From Candidatus Njordarchaeota archaeon (GTDB lineage Archaea > Asgardarchaeota > Njordarchaeia > Njordarchaeales > Panguiarchaeaceae): DNA of 57,938 nucleotides. Numbering within the stretch: the first letter of the stretch is position 1; each line of letters begins with the position of its first letter. The notes beneath the pieces are model-generated. The model saw only the letters and a program-made list of their open reading frames with translations. It searched no databases and was not told the DNA's origin. A program made the position numbers and the translations under genes. The stretch is from NCBI GenBank assembly GCA_029856685.1, contig JAHKKZ010000002.1:1-57938 (forward strand), in the 5' to 3' direction. Of the stretch, positions 45,747-54,611 are shown one piece after another.

Positions 45747-46874
45747 ATGCGAAGAACAAGCATAGTGGAGCTGAAACTTCATGGAGGCAAAGCCCCCCCT
45801 TGGTTAGTATCCAGAATGAGAAAACTTGCCAAGCCTCTTCTCCAACTTATCGTTATGAGCTTCGGTGTCAGAGAACTCCTTGAACGACTAGCAGACCCCT
45901 TATGGTTCCAAGCACTTAGCTATGTCCTTGGATATGACTGGGATTCCTCTGGAGTAACAACAGTTACTGTGGGTGTACTAAGAGAAGTCTTAACACCGGA
46001 TATAGGACTTATGGTTGCAGGAGGCAAAGGAAAAAGGAGTCTACAAGCACCTGAAGATATTCTAAAGATATCCAGAGAATTTGGCTTCACCGAACAAAAG
46101 ATAGAATCATTAATCCGAGTTAGCAGATTAGCCGCAAAGGTGGATAATGCGGTTCTTCAAGATGAGCACCAGCTCTATCATCATGCAATGTTTATAAGTA
46201 GGCATGGTGATTGGGCCATCATACAGCAAGGAATGTGTCCTAAAACTAAAACTGCGAGGCGGTATCACTGGGTATCCTTTCGTCTCAAAAGCTTCGTTAT
46301 AGATCCCCATGAGATTATAGGAGATATTCGGCTTCCAGTAGTACTCGATATGGCCTCTAGTAAATCATCAGAAGCACAGAAAATCTCAGTTGATATTGTA
46401 AAAGAGGGTATCGATCGGGTCAGAAGGGATTTCAATACACTTATAAGACTAACTAAGGGAATAGTTTCTCTCGATGAGTTCCTAAACAAAAAATCTCTCA
46501 GTATCGGATTCAAACGAGAGGTAAAAGTAAAGATAATACCGATGCGTATAAATTGGGAAGCTTTAAATAGGGCATATGAAATACAACCAGATAGCTACGA
46601 GGAACTAGTTGAAATCCGAGGCCTAGGGCCTGGAACTATTAGAGCTCTAGCCCTAATAGCGGAGCTAATATACAACGCTGAAGTTTCTTGGCAGGATCCC
46701 ATACGCTACACATATGCTCATGGAGGTAAAGATGGTGTTCCATACCCAGTAAATGTTAAGAGAATGGAGAAAGTCGCAGAGTTCCTAGAGGATATTATTG
46801 AGGATCTAAGGATTGGGAGAAAGGACAAGTTGGAAATGCTTAAAAGACTCTCAAGGCTTGTTCCTAGAAGATAA
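45747..46874 (+). CDS. DUF763 family protein
   Basis: LHGGKAPPWLVSRMRKLAKPL...LADPLWFQALSYVLGYDWDSSGVTT matches my recollection of PF05559. Confidence 0.5.
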   Translation: MRRTSIVELKLHGGKAPPWLVSRMRKLAKPLLQLIVMSFGVRELLERLADPLWFQALSYVLGYDWDSSGVTTVTVGVLREVLTPDIGLMVAGGKGKRSLQAPEDILKISREFGFTEQKIESLIRVSRLAAKVDNAVLQDEHQLYHHAMFISRHGDWAIIQQGMCPKTKTARRYHWVSFRLKSFVIDPHEIIGDIRLPVVLDMASSKSSEAQKISVDIVKEGIDRVRRDFNTLIRLTKGIVSLDEFLNKKSLSIGFKREVKVKIIPMRINWEALNRAYEIQPDSYEELVEIRGLGPGTIRALALIAELIYNAEVSWQDPIRYTYAHGGKDGVPYPVNVKRMEKVAEFLEDIIEDLRIGRKDKLEMLKRLSRLVPRR

Positions 46875-46966
46875 TCTAAAATAATCCCTCCCAGGAATCA
46901 CTTTATTATTTTGAGGTTAGAATTTTATTTTTAGGAGATTGGGATATGCTTCTTAGGTGAAGCAAC

Positions 46967-47626
46967 TTGAGCTTTATTCCCATGCCAGAAGGAAAAAGAG
47001 TATACACAAAAGATGGTATTCTTATTGGTGAGATTGTACGCGCATATATTTCCGAGTTTGGAGTACATGTGGCCAAGATTAAAACAGTCTTCGAGGAATT
47101 CCCAGAGTTCGAAGTGATCATGACGCAGTTAAAACCAACAAGAATAATGAGAGAAGGCAAACAAGAAGAAGCGTTCGTTCTTAAGGAGATACCAATAAAA
47201 TTGAAGATGATCATAGATGAAAAATTTAGATTAAAGGAAACTGCTGGGATATCAGTAATTTTCACACCGAAAGCTCCAGCTCCTGTTGGCCCATACTCTC
47301 AAGCAATAAAAGCTGGTAAGTTCCTATTTGTTGCGGGACAAATACCGATAGACCCTCGGACTGGGAACATTGTTGGGGGAGGAATTAAGGAACAGACAAT
47401 CAGAGTTTTAGAAAATATAAAATCTATTCTGGAGACCGCGGGGTATACACTTAGTAATGTCGTCATGGCGTTTGTATATCTAAGCGATCTAACGAAATTT
47501 AAAGAGTTCAACGAGATTTATGCTCAGTATTTCTCATCCGTAAAACCTGCTCGTGTAACAGTAGAGGTGTCCCGTTTGCCCAAAGATGTCCTCCTAGAAA
47601 TCTCAGTTATAGCATATAGGGAGTGA
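46967..47626 (+). CDS. RidA/YjgF-family enamine/imine deaminase with an ~90-aa N-terminal extension in the same frame
   Basis: The C-terminal 125 aa reads [28 protein letters not shown]...[23 protein letters not shown], which is canonical RidA. The N-terminal part ([19 protein letters not shown]...) resembles a small beta-barrel. An internal Met (MIIDEKF, 47209) could be the real start. Confidence 0.75.
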   Translation: MSFIPMPEGKRVYTKDGILIGEIVRAYISEFGVHVAKIKTVFEEFPEFEVIMTQLKPTRIMREGKQEEAFVLKEIPIKLKMIIDEKFRLKETAGISVIFTPKAPAPVGPYSQAIKAGKFLFVAGQIPIDPRTGNIVGGGIKEQTIRVLENIKSILETAGYTLSNVVMAFVYLSDLTKFKEFNEIYAQYFSSVKPARVTVEVSRLPKDVLLEISVIAYRE

Positions 47627-48105
47627 GATTGGAGGAGAATAAGCTCAGAGTCCGCAAGATAGAGGAGGGAACAGTAATAGATCACATTCCAAGAGGGCGG
47701 AGTCTGATAGTTTTAAAAATCTTGGGGGTAACAGGAAATGAAGAAAATACAATAGCTGTGCTGATAAATGTTGAGTCAAAAAAATTAGGTAGGAAGGACA
47801 TAGTCAAAATTGAAAGAAGAGAGCTGACCGAAGACGAGGTTAACCTAATAGCACTTGTGGCGCCCACAGCAACAATAAATATCATAAGGAACTTTCAAGT
47901 TGTTAAAAAATATAGAGTTAAACTGCCCCGCGAAATTAGGCATATTCTCCGATGCGTAAATCCCACCTGCGTAACAAATTCCGAGAAGAATGTAGAAACA
48001 GTATTTGAGGTGATCTGTAGGGACCCCCTCAAGCTGAAGTGTGCTTATTGCTGGTCCTACCTAACTCTTGATGATATTCTATCCCAACTAGAGGAGATGC
48101 GATGA
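47623..48105 (+). CDS. pyrI: aspartate carbamoyltransferase regulatory chain
   Basis: [16 protein letters not shown] is present. The zinc domain is CVNPTCVTN ... CAYC. The GTG start overlaps the RidA stop (GTGA). Confidence 0.85.
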   Translation: MRLEENKLRVRKIEEGTVIDHIPRGRSLIVLKILGVTGNEENTIAVLINVESKKLGRKDIVKIERRELTEDEVNLIALVAPTATINIIRNFQVVKKYRVKLPREIRHILRCVNPTCVTNSEKNVETVFEVICRDPLKLKCAYCWSYLTLDDILSQLEEMR

Positions 48106-48935
48106 AAATAAAATTCATAGCAGCAGATTCGCTTGGAGTAAGGTCAATGGCTACATTCATAGAAACATCAGATACATCCATACTAATAGATCCGGCGGCA
48201 GCGCTTGGGCCCAGAAGATATGGTCTCCCTCCCCATAAATTAGAGTTCGAGGCTCTAGAGGATGCTTGGCAGAGAATCACAGAATTCGCAGAAGATGCTG
48301 AAATAATAATTATTACGCATTATCACTATGATCATCATAGCCGCAAAAGAAATATTGGGATATACAGGAATAAGATATTACTGATAAAAGACCCAAACTC
48401 ATTTATCAATGAGAATCAGAGATGGCGTGCCAGAGCGTTTCTCAAAAAAATTGAGGGCTTACCTCGCCAAATAATGGTCATAGATAACAAGGAGATATTC
48501 ATTGGTGATACACAAATTGTTTTCTCAGAACCAGTGCCTCATGGCGAATCGGGAACAAAACTCGGATATGTTCTTGAGGTTTTCATTTCAGATGACAATA
48601 AGAGTTTTCTCTTCTCGTCGGATGTTGAAGGTCTTCTTGACCATGTCCAAGTAGATTTCATTTTAAAAATGAGGCCAAACATACTTTATTTAGATGGCCC
48701 ACCTACATACCTAAGAAAGAAAATGCATGGCCTTATAGATGTAAGCCTGAGGAATATAGGGGATGTTGTTACGCTGATAAAGCCCGAAGCTCTGATATTG
48801 GATCATCACCTCCTTAGAGACCTTAAATTCAAAGATTACTTTGTGAGTATATGTGATTTCCTCACAGCAGCCGAGTATATGGGTCGGTCGCCAAATCTTC
48901 TTGAGGCTAGGAGAAAGGAGCTATGGGGGAAATAA
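48102..48935 (+). CDS. UPF0282-like MBL-superfamily protein
   Basis: [45 protein letters not shown] matches the archaeal UPF0282 N-terminus as I recall it. IITHYHYDH is present. Confidence 0.5.
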   Translation: MKIKFIAADSLGVRSMATFIETSDTSILIDPAAALGPRRYGLPPHKLEFEALEDAWQRITEFAEDAEIIIITHYHYDHHSRKRNIGIYRNKILLIKDPNSFINENQRWRARAFLKKIEGLPRQIMVIDNKEIFIGDTQIVFSEPVPHGESGTKLGYVLEVFISDDNKSFLFSSDVEGLLDHVQVDFILKMRPNILYLDGPPTYLRKKMHGLIDVSLRNIGDVVTLIKPEALILDHHLLRDLKFKDYFVSICDFLTAAEYMGRSPNLLEARRKELWGK

Positions 48936-49507
48936 TTGTTGAGCTTGGTCATCACTCAATTAACATAATATTTAAGGACAAAAAGATAAACTTGAAGATA
49001 TACCCCTTAGAGCTACGTCATAGAGCGATCAGGGAATATGAGGTTCTTAGGAAGCTTTATAAGCATGGTATAAATGTGCCTCAGCCAATTAAACTTGTAG
49101 ATTCAGCTAATTGTATGATCCTGATCAGAGAATTTGTTGACGGAATATTCTTCCGTGACGCCATTGAGAGACTCAGCATCGATGAGCTGAGAGTCCTCTT
49201 GTTAGAACTCATCAAGCAACTAAACGCCGTGGAGAATCTTGGAATATATATCTCCGAGTTCTCCTCTCTCTCAAAAAATGTTATAGTTGTAGGAACAAAG
49301 CCCTATCTGATAGATGTCGAAAGAGCCTCCTTCCAAAGGAAATCAATAGTGACACAACTACTTGGTTTCCTAATAAAACTCTCTGGAAGCCCCAAACTAT
49401 GCAAAAAGCTTTCAAAAGTCGTACAAGTTAAGAAGCTAAAAGCTGCTGCTCAGATCTACAAAAAAACAAGGAACCTAGATACCATCCTAGATCTCTTCAG
49501 AGCTTAA
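48923..49507 (+). CDS. small atypical protein-kinase-fold protein (COG2112/Bud32-RIO-like) with a non-canonical catalytic loop
   Basis: The length is about 194 aa. Kinase-like segments are INLKIY, EYEVLRKLYKHGINVPQP, ILIREFVDG and YLIDVERASF. ISEFSSLSKN sits where HxDLxxxN is expected. Confidence 0.45.
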   Translation: MGEIIVELGHHSINIIFKDKKINLKIYPLELRHRAIREYEVLRKLYKHGINVPQPIKLVDSANCMILIREFVDGIFFRDAIERLSIDELRVLLLELIKQLNAVENLGIYISEFSSLSKNVIVVGTKPYLIDVERASFQRKSIVTQLLGFLIKLSGSPKLCKKLSKVVQVKKLKAAAQIYKKTRNLDTILDLFRA

Positions 49508-49770
49508 TACTTAGCGTTTTCTGACTGTAAGTTTTTCTCTCTTTTGATTTAGCGAAGTAATTTTTCAAAAATCTTTAGTTGCAAGTATTATGATGATTTT
49601 ATATCGTTGGATTTCCACACTCGGATTAGAAAACAGTCATTTAACAATATTGTGGAGATATCTAAAAAGCTAGTGTAGATATGCTGGCGTTGTTTTATGT
49701 TCTCTTTTCTTAAAACTTTACAAATTGAATATTTTGGTTTGTGATTCAGATTCATGTGGTGGGCTCCAAA

Positions 49771-50283
49771 ATGATCGAAGATATAGAACAATTTTTTGAG
49801 TTGCGTCAAAAGGTTTTATCAAAATTAAGAGAAAGACTAAGTGAGATGGAATCCCTAGCGGAGAATGCTGCGCTTATTCTTGGAAAACGAGCTCTTCAGA
49901 CGGTGGACCTCAATGTTATTGAGAGTATCGTCAGGCTTCTTGACATAAAATACAAAGCATTGTTCTCCGATCCAGAATTCGTAGATGTCGTGGCGATAGA
50001 CGGGTTGATATGGTTTGATGTTAAGAACAACATAATACAGAAATTATGGCCGATGATAGAAGAGGCTGCGAGATCTTTTTCCCATCTAAGCACCCTTGCT
50101 TTTGTTCCAGAGATAATACCTGAGACTACTGAACGTGCGACGGTGAGCGAGCTTAAAGAGAAATTGAAAGAGCTATTTGAACAGATACTAAGAACTATCA
50201 GAAGTCTTAAGATCCATACACCGAAGATGCTTTCAGAGGAAAAAATTAGGAAACGGATTGAGGATCTTAAATCGGATCTGTAG
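49771..50283 (+). CDS. hypothetical coiled-coil protein
   Basis: The ATG at 49771 is preceded by GGTGGG. The sequence is helical and Glu/Lys/Leu-rich. The track ORF starts at GTG 49741. Confidence 0.45.
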   Translation: MIEDIEQFFELRQKVLSKLRERLSEMESLAENAALILGKRALQTVDLNVIESIVRLLDIKYKALFSDPEFVDVVAIDGLIWFDVKNNIIQKLWPMIEEAARSFSHLSTLAFVPEIIPETTERATVSELKEKLKELFEQILRTIRSLKIHTPKMLSEEKIRKRIEDLKSDL

Positions 50284-50313
50284 AATCCTACATAAACTTT
50301 TTAGTGTGATAGA

Positions 50314-51390
50314 TTGCCCGACATAATAGTCGTTGGAGGCGGATTTGTAGGAAATTTTCTTGCATATCTGCTTGCAAGAAAAGGCATACATGTCCAAGTA
50401 TTCGAGGAGCATAGGGAAATAGGACATCCGCCTCACTGCGCAGGAGTAGTAAGTAAGAGAGGTCTTAAACGTCTGGGAATCTACAGCAATATTCTGCGCG
50501 AAGGTGCGGTGCTTTCGACACATAAATGTATCAGAATCTGGATTGGCAGAGAAGCAAAGATATTCTATCTCAAGGAGGATACTTTGCTAGTTATTGATCG
50601 TCCTCTGCTCGACAAAATTCTTTTTGAAAAGGCACAGAACCGCGGAGCTGAATACTTCCTAGGAGAGAAGGTGAAGGAATTGAGAAGCGATGGTCATGTG
50701 AAGGCAGGAACGAAGCTATATAAATCGAAAATTGTTGCTGATGCTGAAGGGGCATCAAAAAGGCTTATAAGTCGACTCCTTAGCTATCGCCCAGAAGTTC
50801 TGCCAGCATTTCAGATGGATATACATGTCGAGGATTATAGAATGCGGAGAAGCATCATAGACGTGTACGTGAACGTCCCAGATTTCTTTTCATGGACAAT
50901 TCCCCTTAAAGAAAATATTGTTAGGATAGGCATCGCTAGCAGATACGTGAAGAACAAATATGAATTCCTAAAACGCTTAGCTAAGGCAAAATACGATAAG
51001 TTTAGGGTCCTCAATATGTTTGGCGGTTTGGTTAATGTTGGAGGGCCTATAGAAAAATTTGTTTTTGGAAAAATTGCAGTTGTAGGGGATGCTGCGGGTC
51101 AGACTAAGCCAACTACTGGGGGAGGCATCGTATGGGGCGGGATATCCGCAGGTATTCTTGCGAAGATAATAGAATTGAACCTTAACGGTGATGTGGATCT
51201 ACGTCTATATGAGAAGGTCTGGCGAGACATATTTGGTGCTAATTTATCCTTTATGCTGATGCTTCGTAAAGCTCTTTACTTTGGTGACCCCCAGCTGAAA
51301 CTAAGGTTTGCTTTTTTATTCCTTCCAGATATCGTCTATGTGAGTTCTGATTATGATTTTCAACTCGATTTTATTAGGAGAATATTCTAA
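50314..51390 (+). CDS. geranylgeranyl reductase-family FAD-dependent oxidoreductase
   Basis: DIIVVGGGFVGNFLAYLLARKG is the GxGxxG motif. HCAGVVS and VVGDAAGQTKPTTGGGI are present. The start is TTG. Confidence 0.8.
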   Translation: MPDIIVVGGGFVGNFLAYLLARKGIHVQVFEEHREIGHPPHCAGVVSKRGLKRLGIYSNILREGAVLSTHKCIRIWIGREAKIFYLKEDTLLVIDRPLLDKILFEKAQNRGAEYFLGEKVKELRSDGHVKAGTKLYKSKIVADAEGASKRLISRLLSYRPEVLPAFQMDIHVEDYRMRRSIIDVYVNVPDFFSWTIPLKENIVRIGIASRYVKNKYEFLKRLAKAKYDKFRVLNMFGGLVNVGGPIEKFVFGKIAVVGDAAGQTKPTTGGGIVWGGISAGILAKIIELNLNGDVDLRLYEKVWRDIFGANLSFMLMLRKALYFGDPQLKLRFAFLFLPDIVYVSSDYDFQLDFIRRIF

Positions 51391-51400
51391 ATTCCTACTA

Positions 51401-51458
51401 CTGATGATGAGAAGAGGGTCATCGGAGAATAAAAATGACGAGAGAGAATGTCTGATGA
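51401..51458 (+). ncRNA. candidate C/D-box sRNA (2'-O-methylation guide)
   Basis: C box AUGAUGA is at 51404-51410, followed by a 12-nt spacer, then D' CGGA at 51423-51426 and an 8-nt loop. C' AUGACGA is at 51435-51441, followed by a 10-nt spacer and D box CUGA at 51452-51455. It lies 11 nt after the preceding stop codon. D' and C' each carry one mismatch and the terminal stem is weak. Confidence 0.35.
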
Positions 51459-51552
51459 TATCCAATTAGATTTTTATACAGTATTTTTGTTTCCTCTTGT
51501 AAGGCCGTTTGTACGTATCATTCGAACCTTTACATTATAAACAGGGATTTCG

Positions 51553-52140
51553 ATGGAGAATATACGAAGAACAGTAAAACTTAAGATAGTTTTCATAGGA
51601 GACGAAGCTGTAGGCAAAACTTCGATAGCTAGGAGATATATAGGAGCTGATTTTCTTGCTGAATATAGGAGCACAATAGGTGCAGACTTCTATATCAAAC
51701 GTGCTATCTACAATATTGAGCCGTTTGGTTCCTATCTCTTTGAATGGATAATCTATGATATGGCTGGTCAGCGTCGTTTTGAGGTGATTAGGCCTATATA
51801 TTATAATAAGGCTAAAGCCGCAGTTGTTGTTTTTGATGTTTCTAGACCAGAAACTTTTAGGTCAGTACCTAATTGGATCCGTGAGTTCTGGAAATACAGT
51901 GGGGGGAAGCATCCGTTCATAATTGTTGGGAATAAGATAGATCTGAGGGACAAAATAAATTGCGTCCCATATGAGTATGGGGCACGATATGCTAAGGAAC
52001 TCTCGAGAGTACTTGGTTTCCCAATACCTTATGTTGAAACATCAGCGAAAGAAGGAATAAACATAGAAAAAGCTTTCGAATCATTAGCAAGGACAATACT
52101 TAGATTCTATTTGTTAAGATCAAGAGCGAGGATAAGATAG
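51553..52140 (+). CDS. Ras-superfamily small GTPase, Rab/Ras-like
   Basis: G1 is GDEAVGKTS, switch I/RabF-like is YRSTIGADF, G3 is YDMAGQRRF, G4 is VGNKIDL and G5 is ETSAKEG. The protein is 195 aa with a basic C-terminus (LLRSRARIR) and no Cys prenylation motif. Confidence 0.85.
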   Translation: MENIRRTVKLKIVFIGDEAVGKTSIARRYIGADFLAEYRSTIGADFYIKRAIYNIEPFGSYLFEWIIYDMAGQRRFEVIRPIYYNKAKAAVVVFDVSRPETFRSVPNWIREFWKYSGGKHPFIIVGNKIDLRDKINCVPYEYGARYAKELSRVLGFPIPYVETSAKEGINIEKAFESLARTILRFYLLRSRARIR

Positions 52141-52152
52141 GATGAAAGACTT

Positions 52153-53319
52153 ATGCAAGAAGTTGTTCTGGGAAGACTGTCTGGTGAGATAACACTTAAG
52201 TCTCCTGGTATTGTTAAGGAATGGCTCAATCTTATTATTAGACACATAAAAAAGAGGCTTCTGAGAAAAAATCTAGAAGCAAGAAATGTCTATAGTCAGG
52301 AATCCCGCATATTTATTGAGCCCAAAGAGAATTCTGATATCGAACAAATCTCCGAAAATGTTGCGAAAATATTCGGAATAAAAGAAGCAATAGTAGCCAT
52401 AAGAACATCTCTAAATCTCGAAGATATTATCGCGGCGTCAAAGGAGATAGCCTCAAATTTCAAAGGAACCTTCGCTGTAAGAACACGCAGAGCTTATAAG
52501 CAATTCCCATATACCAGCCTCGAGATTAATCAGATAGTAGGCGAAGCACTCATAGAGACAAACAAAAGTCTTAAAGTAAACTTAGAAAATCCAGATTCAC
52601 TATTGGAGATAGAGATCCGGAAAAGCGGTGCATATATCTACAAAAAAAGAAAGATTGGATTCGGAGGCCTACCTTATGGGGTTTCGGGAAAGGGAGTTGC
52701 ACTCATATCGGGTGGTGTCGATAGCTCACTGGCTGCGTGGTTCGCGATGAAAAGGGGTATGAAAATTGTTGCGGTTCATGCAGATATGGGAAAATACTAC
52801 TCTAATCTCGCGAGAAAGAGAGCACAATCTGTCCTCCGATGGCTAGCTGATTGGGTGCCATCTGGTAGGCTAAAGGCGTATATAGTCTCTGTAGCTGAGC
52901 TTCATGAAAAAGCGAAGTTACCAGTAAATAGATTTAGATGTGTCTTCTGCAAAATGCTTCTAATAAAACTAGCGGAACTAGTAGCTAGAAAAGAATATGC
53001 ACATGCAATAATTACTGGGGAAAGTCTTTCTCAGGTAGCATCTCAGACACCACAAAACCTAAAAGCCATAAACACCATAACGAGATATCCGATCCTAAGG
53101 CCCTTAATATTTATGGATAAAACGGAGATAGACCACCTAGCCCAAAGGATAGGGCTCTATGGAATCACAAGTATAGATGTTGGGAGCTGCCGTCTAGTCC
53201 CCCGCAGACCCGCTATAGAAACGGAAGACAAAGTCGCATACGAATTAGTGGATATCGTAGAGTCGTTACCACTAGATGAGGCAGTAGACAACGCCAGAGT
53301 GGAGATAATTGAGGCCTAA
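52153..53319 (+). CDS. thiI: tRNA 4-thiouridine synthase ThiI (THUMP + PP-loop, no rhodanese domain)
   Basis: The N-terminal ferredoxin-like/THUMP half has FAVRTRRA. The PP-loop is ALISGGVDSSLAAW, and ITGESLSQVASQT is present. Confidence 0.85.
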   Translation: MQEVVLGRLSGEITLKSPGIVKEWLNLIIRHIKKRLLRKNLEARNVYSQESRIFIEPKENSDIEQISENVAKIFGIKEAIVAIRTSLNLEDIIAASKEIASNFKGTFAVRTRRAYKQFPYTSLEINQIVGEALIETNKSLKVNLENPDSLLEIEIRKSGAYIYKKRKIGFGGLPYGVSGKGVALISGGVDSSLAAWFAMKRGMKIVAVHADMGKYYSNLARKRAQSVLRWLADWVPSGRLKAYIVSVAELHEKAKLPVNRFRCVFCKMLLIKLAELVARKEYAHAIITGESLSQVASQTPQNLKAINTITRYPILRPLIFMDKTEIDHLAQRIGLYGITSIDVGSCRLVPRRPAIETEDKVAYELVDIVESLPLDEAVDNARVEIIEA

Positions 53320-53483
53320 CTATTAGATATATATCTTAATCTATATAAGCAAATTTTTATGCTTCACTTCCGTCTGCCCATATATAGCTGCGAATTGGGA
53401 TAATGACCAACGAAAATATCATAGGGAAGACTTTCATAAGCTAAAAATTAGATATATGCAATGCAAAATTTTTTAAAGTAAAT

Positions 53484-53498
53484 AAAAATATATATTTC
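53484..53498 (+). promoter_or_regulatory. AT-rich BRE/TATA-like region upstream of the TFB-family gene
   Basis: aaaaatatatatttc lies about 35-50 nt upstream of the ATG at 53534. The GGTGAT SD is at 53524-53529. Confidence 0.3.
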
Positions 53499-53533
53499 TA
53501 TGGGACAAAATTAACATAATTTTGGTGATATGA

Positions 53534-54574
53534 ATGGAGGCGCAACATGCGAAGAAAAGCGAGGAAAAGGTCGTGGTACCACTAACGGTGGTGGATACTG
53601 TGGATGCTGGTATGAGAAGTAGTGGGATAGTAATGCCTAAGTATGGTATATGTAAAATATGTAGGGTGCCTCTGGAGTATAACTCAGAAACGGATGAGGT
53701 CTACTGTCCCATATGTGGGAGAGTATATGATACCTTTGTTAAACCGTACATGGAAGCAGAGTATCCAAAGTCAGATATGGAGGAAGAAACTATTCAGGTT
53801 CACAGAAAAATAAGTCTGGCGGACAGATACTCCATAGAGAGTGAGATAAGAAGGAAGCACCTAAGAGAAGCGAAAGAGATTATTCGTAGAGCAGCAGGTG
53901 CGCTTGGACTCTCAGCAAACAATGTTGTCGTGAGCACAGCACAGGAGCTCTTTGCTAGGTACCTTAAAATCCAGAAAACCAGAAGTGATAGCTTAGAAAT
54001 AACAGTCTATGCGGTGTTTCTGGCGGCAGCTAGAAATCTCGGATACACAATCACTGAAGAGACCCTACTGAGTGCGCTTAAGAAATATCCACCCCAGGAA
54101 ATGAAGAAACTTGCCAAACAGATAAGGTCTAAGAGACGTGAGATAACAAGTCTACTAAAACTCAGAACATCACTTGTAGGGGAGGATAGGGATCAGCCCA
54201 TAAAGCTGTTAGAGATGTATAGGCAGCGTTTCAAAAGAGTGCCGAGCCTAATTAAACATGTCGAAGCTATAATTCAGAAAGTCAATGAATTATGGCAGAA
54301 AGCAAAAAATGACTTACTAAGACTCAATAAAATCCCCAAGTCGATAGTAACCGCACTAACGTATGTAGCCGCAATACTTGTGCTACCCGAGGAGGAGAGA
54401 ATAAAGATAAGGCAATTTGACATAGCGGATATATTTCAAACAACGCCAATAACAATAAGGGATATACTGCCAGTGATAATGAAGTATCTAACTCCAGAAG
54501 AACAGCAGATAGTAAAATCGTGCATGAGAAGAGGTAGAAGATCGATAAAAAGAAAACAAAAACAGTACAGATAG
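53534..54574 (+). CDS. tfb: divergent transcription initiation factor IIB (TFB) family paralog
   Basis: The zinc ribbon is CKICRVPLEYNSETDEVYCPICG. Two cyclin-like repeats follow (LGLSANNVVVSTAQELFARYL...VYAVFLAAARNLG; IPKSIVTALTYVAAILV...TPITIRDI). An extra ~40-aa N-terminus and a KR-rich tail are present. Confidence 0.65.
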   Translation: MEAQHAKKSEEKVVVPLTVVDTVDAGMRSSGIVMPKYGICKICRVPLEYNSETDEVYCPICGRVYDTFVKPYMEAEYPKSDMEEETIQVHRKISLADRYSIESEIRRKHLREAKEIIRRAAGALGLSANNVVVSTAQELFARYLKIQKTRSDSLEITVYAVFLAAARNLGYTITEETLLSALKKYPPQEMKKLAKQIRSKRREITSLLKLRTSLVGEDRDQPIKLLEMYRQRFKRVPSLIKHVEAIIQKVNELWQKAKNDLLRLNKIPKSIVTALTYVAAILVLPEEERIKIRQFDIADIFQTTPITIRDILPVIMKYLTPEEQQIVKSCMRRGRRSIKRKQKQYR

Positions 54575-54611
54575 GCACAATAGGGATGCTCTTTCCATAA
54601 ATTTCTTCTCG

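Noticed and set aside
49588-49809. 73-aa minus ORF, and an AUGAUGA C-box-like heptamer at 49590-49596 on the plus strand
   Set aside because: No CUGA D box lies within 80 nt downstream on that strand. The ORF has no start context and an implausible sequence.
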